Assembly: GCF_964194025.1 (NCBI RefSeq)
Contig: NC_134480.1
Coordinates: 4,898,001 to 4,962,000 of the forward strand
Length of the DNA stretch: 64,000 nucleotides
Direction of reading: 5' to 3'
From: Convolutriloba macropyga
Lineage: Eukaryota
The notes under the pieces are model-generated. The model ran no database searches, had not been told where the DNA came from, and saw nothing but the letters and a program-made list of their open reading frames with translations. The number at the start of each line of letters is the position of its first letter. Position 1 is the stretch's first letter. A program made the position numbers and the translations under genes. Below, in pieces: positions 13,905 to 26,539 of the stretch.

Positions 13905-16900
13905 GATAGAATGAATATATTTCAGAGCTGAATTAATGATTTTTGGTTATTTCAAATGGCGTTGGTTGTAGGACAAGATTAAGCGGGATACAACAACAGT
14001 TTGGTGTTCATCTCTTTACGAGTGAATGAAAATCTTCCTAATTCAAAGATAAAGAAATTTTGGATAGAAAAATCTTAGAAAAAAGCTTTCAGATATCGCG
14101 GATTGAAACCATCCTGGCTTGAGGCAGTTAAGTTACTTCTAAACTCACAGAGCGAAAAATGCAACCAAAAGCAAGTTTATCTAAACAAGTTAGGGAAAAA
14201 TTTAAATAAACATAACAAATTTGTGTTGGAAAGTTTGAAATCTGTTCTTGGAGTTGCTTAGGTTGCCGTCTTCTATTGCTGTGAGAAAACGTCAAAAAAG
14301 TTGCACTGTTGATGTGAGCCCACATCATCAAGCTAATCACAGGAAAGTAGCTGTTTAAGTCCACCAACATTTAGACATAAAATTGATGATAGAAATACCC
14401 AACAGACATCAGAGCGACACTAATGGAGAGATATCTGCCTTAAAAAAAGGTCAGAAACGAGTTAGTTGAGGTTCGTTTCAAAGAACCAACTTGTAACACA
14501 GAAAATAATTGAGATGTTGTGTTAAAAAATTAGAAGAATTCCAAGTTAAAAATGAAAACAAGAAAAATAGCAGAAGTAATGAAATCTTTACAGAAAAAAC
14601 AGTTCTCAAAGGCTTCTAGACGCCTATAAACTGGTCTTTGAACAATTTCATTCAATTGTTTTCCATATGCCGGCAAATGCCCTTCTTTGTAAAGTTATAT
14701 TGCTTCAAAATTTTTCTAGAAACTGATGACAGATTTTTTTTCCAGTTTTCACCCAGGAACTCATTTCAAATATTGATACTGCAATTAATGTTGGTTCACT
14801 ATTTTTTATCCTTGCCAACCTTTTCGGGGGTCTGATAATGCTTTCAAAGGTGTTATCTGCTTTTGCAGATCAAATGCTCCAGATATTCACTACCAACAGG
14901 CCCAACACAGAAAATTTAATACTTTTATCTGTTTTCGACGTTCCACGATTATCACAATTTTGTTTTAAAAAACAGTGCTCTACTTTTAAGATATATGAAT
15001 TCTACTTTCAAGTCAAGATAGAATGCATATAATTCAGAGCTGAATTAACGATCTTTAGTTATTTCATATGGCGTTGGTTGTAGGACAAGATTAAGCGGGG
15101 TACAACAACAATTTGGTGTTTAAACATGATAAATAAAAAATCTGATAATCACAGCCATCAATACGTGACTTTTTTTGGGAAACATTGTTAGTCAAATTAA
15201 AACATGCAATAACTGCATTAAGAATTTTAAAAATTTTGACTTTTGAGATTGTTATTTCAAGATGATGTTTAGGGCGTATTTCAAGCATCTCTGTACGAGC
15301 GAATGAAAATCTTCCTATCTCAAAGATAAAGAATATTTGTATAATCAATTCTTAGAACAAATTTTTCAGGTATCGTGGATTGAAACCATCCTGGCGTGAG
15401 GCAGTTAAGTTACTCCTAAACTCATAGAGCAAAAAATGCAAACAAAAACAAGTTTATCTAAACAAGTTAGGGAAAAATTTAAATAACCATAACAAATTCG
15501 TGTTGGAAAGTTTAAAATCTGTTCTTGGAGTTGCTTAGGTTGCCGTCCTCTATTGCTGTGAGAACGTCAAAAAATTGCACTGTTGATGTGAGCCCACATC
15601 ATCAAGCTAATCACAGGAAAGTAGCTGTTTAAGTCCACCAACATTTAGACATAAAACTGATGATAGAAATACCCAACAGACATCAGAGCGACACTAATGG
15701 AGAGATATCTGCCTTAAAAAAAGGTCAGAAACGAGTTATTTGAGGTTCGTTTCAAAGAACCAACTTGTAACACAGAAATTAATTGAGATGTTGTGTTAAA
15801 AAATTAGAAGAATTCCAAGTTAAAAATGAAAACAAGAAAAATAGCAGAAGTAATGAAATCTTTACAGAAAAACATTTCTCAAAGGCTTCTAGACGCCTAT
15901 AACCTGGTCTTCGAACAATTTCATTCAATTGTTTTCGATATGCCGGTAAATGCCCTTCTTTGTAAAGTTATATTGCTTCAAAATTTTTCTAGATATTGAC
16001 GACAGATTTTTTTGCAGTTTTCACCGAGAAACTCTTTTAAAATTTTGATATTGCAAATAATTTTGATCCACTATTTTTTATCCTTGCCAACCTTTTCGGG
16101 GGTCTGATAATGCTTTCAAAGGTGTTATCTGCTTTTGCAGATCAAATGCTCCAGATATTCACTACCAACAGGCCCAACACAGATAATTTAATACTTTTTA
16201 TCTGTTTTCGACGGTCCACTATTATCAAAATTTTGTTTTCAAAAAACAGTGCTCTACTTTCAAGTCGTAGAAATTAAGAAAAAATTACTAACAACAGAAG
16301 GGAAGAAAATAGAATGCATTTATTTAAAAGTTAAACTTAGGATCTTTCGTTTTTCCATATGGCGTTGACTACAAGACAAGATTGTGCGTTGTACAACTAC
16401 AATTCAATGTTTAAACATGACAAATAGAAAATCGAACAATCACAGCCATGTTTAGCTGAATTTATTGGTAAACAATTTAAAATCTTTAATAACGGCAACA
16501 CAAACTTTGATTTATAGAGATTTGCTATTTTTAAGATAGCGTTGAATTTGTATTTCATGGGAGCACCTCTGTACGAGTGAAGTGAAAATGTTACAAGTCA
16601 TGGATATAGGTATTTTGTATAAAAAAATCCTAGAACAAATCTTTTTGTTAGCCTTGATTGGCATCCATCTTGGCTTGAAGCAATTAATGTACTCCATAAA
16701 TCATAGAACGCAAAAACGCAAGGCAAACAAGTTAACCTAAATTAGTTAAGGAAATATTTAAAAAGCTATACTAAATATGTTTTTGGAAATGTGAAGTCTG
16801 TTTGCGGAGTTGAATAGGTTGCTTGGGTTTGTAAGCTAACGTAAAACAGTGAGCTAACGTTTTTTAACGTGAGCGACTTAAAAACAGATCAAAAACAAGT

Positions 16901-17420
16901 TACTTGGGGTTTTTCCAATGAAAAAGATTGTGACGGAGACAATTATGGCCATGTTGTGATAAAAAAACAGAAGAGTTCCACGTTTAAAATGGTAAACGAG
17001 GAAAATAGTAGAGGTAGTAGAAAAGACTTCAGAGATCAAACAATTCGCAGAGGCTTCTAGGCGCCTACAATCTGGTCTTTGATGAATTTCATTCAATTGT
17101 TTTCCGTAGGTGGGCAGATGCAATTTTTTGTATGTTGATATTGTGCTTCAGAGAATTTCCAGAAATTGATGTTAGATTCGTTACCACTTTTTGCCCTGGC
17201 ACTCGTAATTTCAATACATGCTATTAAAAGGTAGTCTTGATCCATATTTTTTTATTCTCACCAATCATTTGCTTGCAATATGGTAATATTTTTGAAAATT
17301 TATATTCCTTTCGTCTTCCAACAAGCCCATCACAGACAATTTACTCCTAACTGTTTTCGATGGTTCACAAATCTCACTCTTTTAGTTTTCAAAAAAGTCT
17401 ACTTTCTTTCTGAAATGTTG
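13905..17420. repeat. Tandem triplication, ~1.1-1.3-kb unit (two close copies, one diverged)
   Basis: ATAGAATG..GGCGTTG..ACAAGATT unit start at ~13905, ~15014 and ~16305. AGGCTTCTAG.CGCCTA at ~14610, ~15883 and ~17051. Copy 1 lacks ~160 bp that is present in copy 2. Confidence 0.85.
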
Positions 17421-17449
17421 GGTGCAGTCTTCTGTCCACAGCAATGCTT

Positions 17450-19600
17450 GTGTGATCATTAAGTCCTGCTCTTGTCGCACATACATAAGTAAAATTCTCT
17501 GGTCAGTAATCTGCTAATTTAACTCTTTTTCGGAGCTTTGAATGAGGGTTGTTCAATTCCCCAAAAATTTGGCTGCTCATATTAATTTCTCGTCGTCAAT
17601 GCTTCTATTGCTTCTCCTGAACAATTCATATTCTCTAAGATCTTCCTAAAAAGCACTTCTACAAACAAAATCCTTCCAATGTTAAGTTATCTACTAGTTT
17701 TCAACAACAAATTACTTTATTAACAACAATAAGGTATCATTTAAATCTGACCATAATTGGCTTATCTTCTATTCCAATCGAAGCTTGGAAATGATTGTCT
17801 GCATATTTTTAAACAACCTCCACATTACTTCCAGCTAATTGATAGATTGAAACATTAAAAAGCATTTTTTAAAAGAGAAACCACATGAGCAAGACGTCTT
17901 GCTCATGTGGTTTCTCTTTTAAAAAATGCTTCTTAATGTTTGGTATTAAGGTTGAGTTTAAGAAAACATGCAGCCGTCTTTCTTTTTTATGATGACAAGT
18001 TAAAATAAAGAATTATTTATGCTTCGCGCTATTCGTTTACAAACTAATTGCTTTTTTTAAATCTGATTCTAATTAAACACTCTCTCGAATCATCACTTGA
18101 AGAAATTGCGTCAATTGCTGGTCACTCAATGAAATACGGTTAAATTCAGATACTGATTTTTTTTTACAGCTGACACAATTAAAAGGGTGTTTGATTCGAC
18201 CTTTTCTTCACAAGCCATTGATGTAATGATTTTGGTGTATTTGTATTATTTGTATAGCGTATATCAGTCCAGGATGCAAGATATAGGAGAAATAAAGAAG
18301 TGCAGAAAAAACAAAATCCGTTCTTTAATAATAATTCCGATGTTCCAGCTTCAAGAAATTGTTTTTTTTTGCTGGGTTCTGTTCATCGGTACCTCTTATC
18401 TAAGAATACTGATTTTGACATCTCAAATAATTTGTCAAGCTCTCATGAAAATAAGGCACGTTATTATTTTTCTATCGGCACTTATTGACAAATTTTGCAG
18501 GGAGCTTCATTCAATGACGAAATATGAGATAGTTCCCATAAATCTCCCGATTTTTGATGCTCCAAACTATCAAGTAAACCGCAATCAAATTTTAATATAA
18601 TTTTTTATTTGCATGCAAATTGTATCGTCTCTGAGATTTCTTGACTTAATTATTATGTTCTTTCCGCTTTTCTATTGTAGTAGGCGTAATTGTTAACCTG
18701 AGAGCTTTGTTCGTGTTTCTGAAAACACAGGGAAATTTATCAACGTTTCTACTAGATGTTGTGCTCAATAATTAGTCGTTTTTTGCTTTCTCCTTAATCG
18801 ACAGTCTCGTCGTTAAGATGACGCATTACCGTAAGGATGAGATTAGATATTAGATAACCTATCAATAGAGAACACAAGCGCCTATTTTCAGCTGTTTGCA
18901 GTAAAAACGCATTATTGACTACTGAAAAACTACTGGAATTCCAACAACTGTCAGTTTGTGGTTGTGAGAATAAAGCTATTTGGTTCATAGTTTCTGCTTT
19001 TGCTATCTTCGTTCATTCAAATTCTATTTACAACGCGCTATCATCTTGTCTGTAGGAAGTTGGTTATGAATTTGTCTTGTACAAAATAAAGTTGGCCAAA
19101 ACAGAATCAGATGGAACTCTTTACCTGAATATCAATACTGAATTGAAAAAAGTCACATTTGTCAGTATCTTGGTCTCATCGTGCATAAGAATGTGTTCTG
19201 TCGGAATAACAAGCGTCAAAACTGTTTGTTTGGTGAACCTGATTTAGTGCTAATTTCGAAGAATTGCAGGCTCTATTTTCATTACTGATTGCGAGAAAGG
19301 AAAATGCTAGTTTGTTTGCACTTCCAGCGTTTAATTGCTTGCGCAAATCAATAGCCTTACATAGAGTTTGGTGATAGTTTTTCTGCGTTTCAGTGAGAAG
19401 TGTTTGATTTTGTGTATATCTGTTATCTTTGATGCAATTACGAAAATTGTTTTGTTTTTGCTTCAATCTGGCGATACTTAATCTCTTTTAGACAGGTGAT
19501 TTGATCCTAATTTATTCTTGACTGTGATTTGATCCCTCGTTACTTCCGAATACTGATCTCAATGAACGTTTTTCGCCTGCCCCTGTTGTCAAAGCAATTA
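17450..19600 (-). mobile_element. Highly decayed gypsy-like gag to RT N-terminus relic
   Basis: Gag-like ORF 19176-19466. 17690-17790 (IEDKPIMVRF) resembles the start of gypsy RT and is homologous to 22810-22920. Confidence 0.35.
17850..17941. repeat. 92-bp spacerless palindrome
   Basis: 46-bp arms centred on AAGAC|GTCTT (17895/17896), with one mismatch. Confidence 0.95.
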
Positions 19601-21499
19601 TCGCTACAAATTAACGCTTCAATTAGAGCTCCAATTAGCGTTCCTCCTTTGTTTCTATAATTTAAACAGTTACCGAATTTGTTGATCTCATAGTTAACCA
19701 ATTTGTTGATCGTATTTTTTTTGTAATTCCTTCAATTCGAGTTTTGCATTTATTTATTTTTTCTAAATAACAATTAATTTAAATTATTTACTATTCATTA
19801 TGCGTTTGTCAACCTAATTGACAAATCGCATCAAATTTGCACTTGCCTCAGGCGTAACGCAAATATTTTTTTTACTTTATAATTTGTTCATCAATTGATT
19901 CTTTTAGGTTCTTAGTAAACGGTACCAAAATTTAACATCAGGAATTTTTTCAGCTAACACAATTTTCTGCTGATAGATGAAATCAATCTAACAGTTTTGA
20001 TAATAAAAAAAATTGACAAAACTTTGAATAATACTCAAGCTAAGAATATGTTTTGTTGCTAGTAAATTCTCATCAAATCTTTGCAATTAGAAATTATTGC
20101 TGCAAGCGTTCAGATCCACTTGAAATTGTCTTCAAGATAATGTTACTACTTTTTTAGGTTGTAGACTTTTCATCGTTAGAATGCAGTAAGCATTTTATTT
20201 TTAAAAGAACTCACGGTATTTTTTTGCCGTGCAAATGCCAAAACTAATCTTATTGAACGGACCGCATGTAATATTGCTGTTTTGTCGTAGATATTTAGGA
20301 ACATGTTTATATATTTTTAATTGATAGGTTCTCAAAATTGCGTTTGCTGGAACTCACCACTCAAGGAAAAATAATCTTGGGTTAAGCTTCAAGCAAATTG
20401 ATGAAATTGTTCTGAAAATTTATGAGTAATTTTTTTTTGTTTTCAGTCTTTTCCGTGTTGTAAATTTGTGGGGTGAATGAATATTCTGACTTGCAAAACC
20501 GTAAGTATATTCCTTTGTTCTGTGATGGTTTCTTCAACTGTTAGAGTTTGGAGTATCTCTTTGTGTCTGTGGAAGTGAAGTTTTTTGTCTAATAGTGTTG
20601 GTTATTGGTTACTGGGGCCTGCATTTCATGCTTCTGCTGCTGGCCGCCGTGTTTCTTTGCGGGCCCCTTTTAGTGTTTTTGTTAAAATTAGCTTTTCAGT
20701 GAAACTCAATTTTTCAAGGTTTTCTAAGGTAAATAATTTTTTTTTTGTTTCTATCCTGTGACGACCAAAAATTTTCCAGATAAAGACGCCAATTGCTCAA
20801 AGTATTTCAATTTTCAGGTACCAAAAAATCGGACCACTTAAAAAAAACCGACGAGTCTGCGCTTAATGCATTTGTGTCGAATCACGATCCAGTACTCAAC
20901 ATTCATTGCGCTGAGAGTTGCGTAGTTGCAACGACAGAATTTAACACTCAATGATCTTCATATAGCTAAAAAGTGCAGTATGAATTCTCCCGTGTATTAT
21001 AAAAACACTTGATTTAAAATTTGAAACTAATTTCGATACGATATAAAATTATAAGCAGTTGGAATGCGTTTTGTGAAACTGCTGTGAATTATCATACTAC
21101 CGTCAAATGTATGGAAAAATGGCCGTGAATTACCAATATATCACTGTTTTTTTCGCCCGATTTCGACGTATTTGATTTTTTCTAAATGTTAAATTTATAA
21201 GCTTTTCCTGGTCGCAAAGTTTTACCACTTCTGATGCTTAAATAAATGCGTCAAAAATATGTGGTGCCTAGAAGTGTTTACCAACGTAATAAAATTTTGT
21301 TAGGCTCACATTTTGAGATATTAGCCGCAAGCTAGTGTTGTGTATTTAGTTATTCTGCTAGGTGGAACTTGTTGAACTGTATGCTTTTTCTCTCTCTGGA
21401 GGTTGTCAACCAAAAGTCACTTTTTCGTGTCTTGCCCGGAGCAGTGACAGAACAGATTTTGTGTTCCTCAATACAAAAATTTTCTGGCGCTGCAATGGT

Positions 21500-22250
21500 C
21501 TTCCACTTCTACGACTGTTCCAATTTCTTCTAAATGGAAGTAATGATTTTTTCTCTGGTAAATTTTGAAGTTGCTTGAAAATTCAAGTGCTTTCTTGAGT
21601 CCACTTTGATTGAATCTTTTTGAAAAACCATTCCAGAGTTTTTTTAATTCCTGTTTTGACTATTTTTGATTCGCTTTTACAATTGAATTGTGCGCCTTGG
21701 TATCTGAGATTGTGTTTTCATTAAACGGCACACGTCATTAAATTTGGTGCTCGTTGCTTCATCATCAGGCAAGATACTTCTGAATGCTCATCATAAATTT
21801 AAGTCGCAGTTGAGAAAACAGGCGGCTGATAAAAGCGCGACAATTCTTCTTGCTCTTTCCTTGATCTATCTTCTGTTTTTGAACTTGGAGAAGCTAAATT
21901 AGCTATTATCGTTAATTTTCTCAGGGGGTCTCCCTTGACAAATTGATTGCCCGTTCTTGAAAATTCAGTTCGAATGATTCTCTACCATTAGCACTCAGGT
22001 ATCGTTTTACAAACTCTCTGATCGCTTTGTCCAACTTGTTTCTATTATCCCTTGGTGTTTCTAAATAAAAGAATAGGGCACCACCTGAAAGTTGAAGTTT
22101 CAAGAAGTCTAGTTTTGCAGTTTTTATGACATCAGCAAGTTTAAGGTAATCTTCAATTCAATTTTGACCAAATTTCTCTCAATTGCAGTTGTGGAGAATA
22201 TATGATTACTAGATTGACTACCAATTTGATAAAAAAAAGATTACTGTGGC
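21500..22250 (-). pseudogene. Retrotransposon gag remnant
   Basis: KLDFLKLQLSGGALFFYLETP...FELNFQER...ETP is a typical Ty3/gypsy capsid-like segment. Flanked by stops. Confidence 0.6.
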
Positions 22251-23479
22251 CCTGTTAAATATTGAAGAAGACAAAAGGTGGCTAAATTCATCGTGACTTT
22301 TAATGTTGATGTTTTGTCTAGGATAATAAGTGTTTTGAAGTCGCAAACGTCAATCATTGTGTTAAGATCTAAACGTTAGTAATGCGAGGAAAAATGAGCG
22401 CATAGAAAATATTGCGTATTCAATTATCAATATTGAATACATTTTGCCGCGACATTTGAATTGTACTCTTTGAAAAATTTAAATCAGATTAAATTTAATA
22501 AAAGTCAAGACAAGTTTAATTCGCATAATAATTAAATGGTCTAACATAAATAGCTAAGGATATCTTCTAATAAAATTAATTAAAAACTTTAAAAAAATCT
22601 TTTTTATCGCATTTTTTAGCTTCCATCTAATAAATTTAACAGCTTTAATCAGTTCTGCTTGTTTTTTGTCACTAACTTAAACAACGTTCTCTCATCAATT
22701 GACTGTTATTTATTAAACTCTATTGGAGATCTTCTTTAATCGATCTAGTTATTCTATTAATTGAAAGGAGTTTCTTTCAAAACTTCATTTCTTCAAATCA
22801 GTTACTATGAGTTAGTCATCTACTAAATTTTTTGAACAACAATTTACAGTATTTCAACCAATAAGATATCGTTTGAATCTGACAATAAATGACTCAATTT
22901 TTTAATACAATCAAAGTTTTAACATTACTGGCGTTGTTCAGTGACAATTTGTATTAGTCTGAGGTGTTGAATGGTCAAAACCTAATTGAAAACACCCAAA
23001 TAAAGCGACGCAAGAAATCTCCGGTGTGTTTGTTTTTCTACGTAAGAAGTCGTCGGTATATATTGTTTCACACGTAAGGACTGGTTGCTATGTTTGATAT
23101 GAAACGAAAGAAAGGGTCGGTATGTTAGAAGTATGGCTTTTAGTGAAAACCATTGTGTTGACAGAGCAGTAAGCAAAAAAAACCTTTGCAACTGATTTCT
23201 GCAAAGCGTCTGCTAGTACGCAGGAAATTGTATGTTTGATCATATAATGAAACGCATCCTATATCTATAGATTTTTCTCCGTGTTTTCGGCGCCAAAATG
23301 GATGATTAATGGCAATTTTTGTTAAATTGGACTTGTGATTGTTTGAGGCAGTTTGTTTTTGTTATGAGTTTTTTCGATGAGAACTACTTCAAGTGCAAAT
23401 TTTGAATAATATATTTTTTTCTTGAATTTTTGTTGCTTGAGTCTACGGTCTGAGGTTTTGTCGAAAAAAATGTAAGCGT

Positions 23480-25170
23480 TGCGGTGAATAGAGATGAAAA
23501 AAAAGTTTTCACAGCAAAACGCCCGCGTCTTTTAGCCATGAATGTGGTGACAGCGGTGAATTTTTGTAAGATTTCTGATTTATAGTGGTGAAATTTTGCA
23601 GGTTTTGTGGTTTTTAGCAGTAAAATTTTTATTTTCACGGCATTCACCGGACTTCTTAAAAAAATGGGTTTGATTTTCTCACAGCCTGCATGTCAATAAT
23701 TTATTATTCACTTTCTCATCTGTCACTCAGATTTCTTGTGAATTTAAATCAGATTCAGTAAGATTAATAAAAACATATGCGTTGATACTTTGTAAGATGC
23801 GCGGTTTTTAGCTGTGAATTTTTCATTGTCGGCGCTAATGCGGTGAAAAATATAATTCACCGCTACCAACAGAAAAAAAAACAAATTTCACCGCTGAAAA
23901 ACCGCTAGTTACGTAAGGCGTTTTCATGGCTAAAAATTTCTTCTCACAGCTTTCACCGAAAAAAAAATAGAAAAAGTTTAGTTTATATTTGTTCGATAAC
24001 TAACTGGTGTATGGGTTAAAAAAACCACTGACAACTCAATTCAATTTGTAAAGTATGTAGTAACAAATTAGAGGACCGATGAGACTTGCCAATATTACGA
24101 CTCCAAGATATGATGAACAACAAAAATAATTATCCACAACAAACATTATTTACCATCAAAACTCAATGTCAAAAAAGAGAACACCACTTTAAAAAGCCAA
24201 AATGGCGTCAATTAAAACCTAAACTAAACAAACAAATCCATTATTGATGAGCAAAAAAAGCTGAGTCTTGAAAAACTTTGCAACAATATTAGCCAAAAAT
24301 TGGATCAAACAGTTCACAAATACTCTTCCATCTTCAGAGGTAAAACCAAAAACGCTATCTTAAACATGTTTAGCATGTTAGCATAATTTTTTTTCCAATA
24401 TTGGCAAGAGTGATTGTTTGAAAATACGGAAAAAGTGAACAGAAATAACGGAAATCAGTCAAATGTTCACAAAACTTTAGACCTGGATAACTCCACGTAA
24501 AAACTGAAATTCAAAAGAAGCTTTTATGTATACATTCGACGCTGGATTGGCTTTCTCTTGATACTAATCACAACCGCCGACGATGAATGAACGGATCGGC
24601 CAAAATTGACTGAGCAAATAAAACCATTTGAGAATAAAGTTCCTCCCCCACTAAAGTTGGTCGGAACATTTTTTATGTAAGAGTTTAAAGTCTTCAATCT
24701 GGCTGCTCCTCGCTACAAAATTCTATAATAAAAATCGCATGTTAAGTAGTAAACATAAATCAAAAGTAGAAAATCATATTTCAACAAAAACGGTTAACTT
24801 TTTAACGCTTTCAACGCATTCATCTCAAATCATACATATTTTCATTACAAATTTGAGCATATAGAAAATTGTGTTAACTTTGCGGTAAAACTTTGCACGG
24901 TTTGCTGTTTTTAGCGGTGATTTTTTCATCGATCTCGACGCATTTACCTCAATTTTTACACCTTTTTTGAATTATTTGCTGCGGTAAAGATATTTGATAA
25001 ATTTAGTGGTGAATGTTTAAGCTTTGCGATTGTTAGCGGTGAATTTTTTTCTCCGCTCTCAACGCATTCACCGCCTTTCATCTTATTTGTTTTGTGCAAT
25101 GTTTTCTGCCTTGAAGATATTTGCTAATGTTAGCGGTGAGTTTTTGTAAGATTTGTGATTCTTCGCTGTG
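23480..25170. repeat. Clusters of GCGGTGAA/TTCACCGC motif repeats (23480-23960 and 24880-25170), probable decayed DNA-transposon subterminal repeats
   Basis: Many copies of the motif in both orientations, with a ~120-130-bp periodicity at 24910-25170. Confidence 0.55.
24050..24670 (-). repeat. Diverged inverted copy of part of the satellite unit
   Basis: GATCGGCCAAAATTG..CCATTTGAG..CTCCCCCA..GGTCGGAACA is the reverse complement of ~27268-27345, and similarity continues leftward. Confidence 0.75.
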
Positions 25171-26539
25171 CATTTTTTTTATTCAACGATAAAATCACAA
25201 TTCTTAAATGTATTATTCAAGCACTCGACGCAACTCTTACATTTTACCCTATTTTTAGCGTTTGAACTTCGACCCGGGTGGTGTTTTGCGCAAATAAACA
25301 GGTTTTTTCCGCGTACATTTTGTGTTTTCCAGATTTTTTTCAAGTCTTTGAAGCTAACTAAACAAATGGTCGCAGCCAATTCAATTTTATTCATCAACCT
25401 CTTTTGCGACTGCTTTTTTTGTCAAAATGTTTAAAACATCATAAGCTTCTTACGATACCAAATCACTGGATCACATTTTGCGTTATCACTGGAAAAATCA
25501 ATGGATAACTCAAAATGTTTACACCCCTCTTCAGCTTTTGCTTCAATTTAACTTAATACTAGAACACGATATTGAACAAAATAACCAGCGTTCCGATTAA
25601 TAAGGGCTTTTACGAGATGCTGGCAACATTTGAACGAAAATCATTATCCCAAAAAATGATTAGGTGACATAGTGATTCCCACAAAATGTCGAATCAAGAA
25701 AAAATAAAAATAGAGTAAAACAAAGAAAGCAATGCAAAAAATCACCAGCAAACATAAAGCTTTTGGAATATGTTTTTACCGCAATAGACACGCACAGTCA
25801 CTGAAAAGCGATTATGAGAAATTTAGGCAACTTATTAGAGTTTTCCAACAAAACTAGTGTGAAATTTATGTATTTTACGAATTTTTTTCAGTGGAACAAA
25901 AATAATCTAAAATGGTCAAAGCAATAAACTCATCAACAGAGTTAATGAGTTTAGAAAACTTAATTTGCTTAGCAATCAAAATGCACATAGTTAAATGCAT
26001 TGATTATAAAACAGTTTTCATGTTGGAAAATTGTGAATAAGGTTGCTTCCTTTCAAATTAATGGCAATTGAACGACTCAGTATTAAAAAAAAAGAAGACA
26101 GTATTAGCCATATACGCATTATATGTTGCACAACGGATGTAATCGTCAAATTATAAATCCAATAGGGACGACACTCTAAAAGATACTTTTCGAAGCGGTT
26201 TTTGAATGTCATTGAGTGCAATGGCGAGAAAAAAAATCAATTGTCTGCTAAGGTGAAATAAACAACAAGTATTGCAGCAGAGTAGAATATTTTATGTGTA
26301 TTCTCCACCAATCACATACTATGAAGATTCTAATCTCTTTCATATAGATGATGAAACCTCTTTACTTTCAGTTTCCAGAATATGTACCTTATATTTATGT
26401 TATTGACTCCGGTGTTGTATTTTCTCATCACCGTAATAATTTATGTCCACCTTCAGTTTTATCCATAGTCGGCTGGTTAGTCAGAGTAGGGTAAGTCTGA
26501 TGCACGCGCAGATTTATCCAACTTAGCATAATAGCTTTA

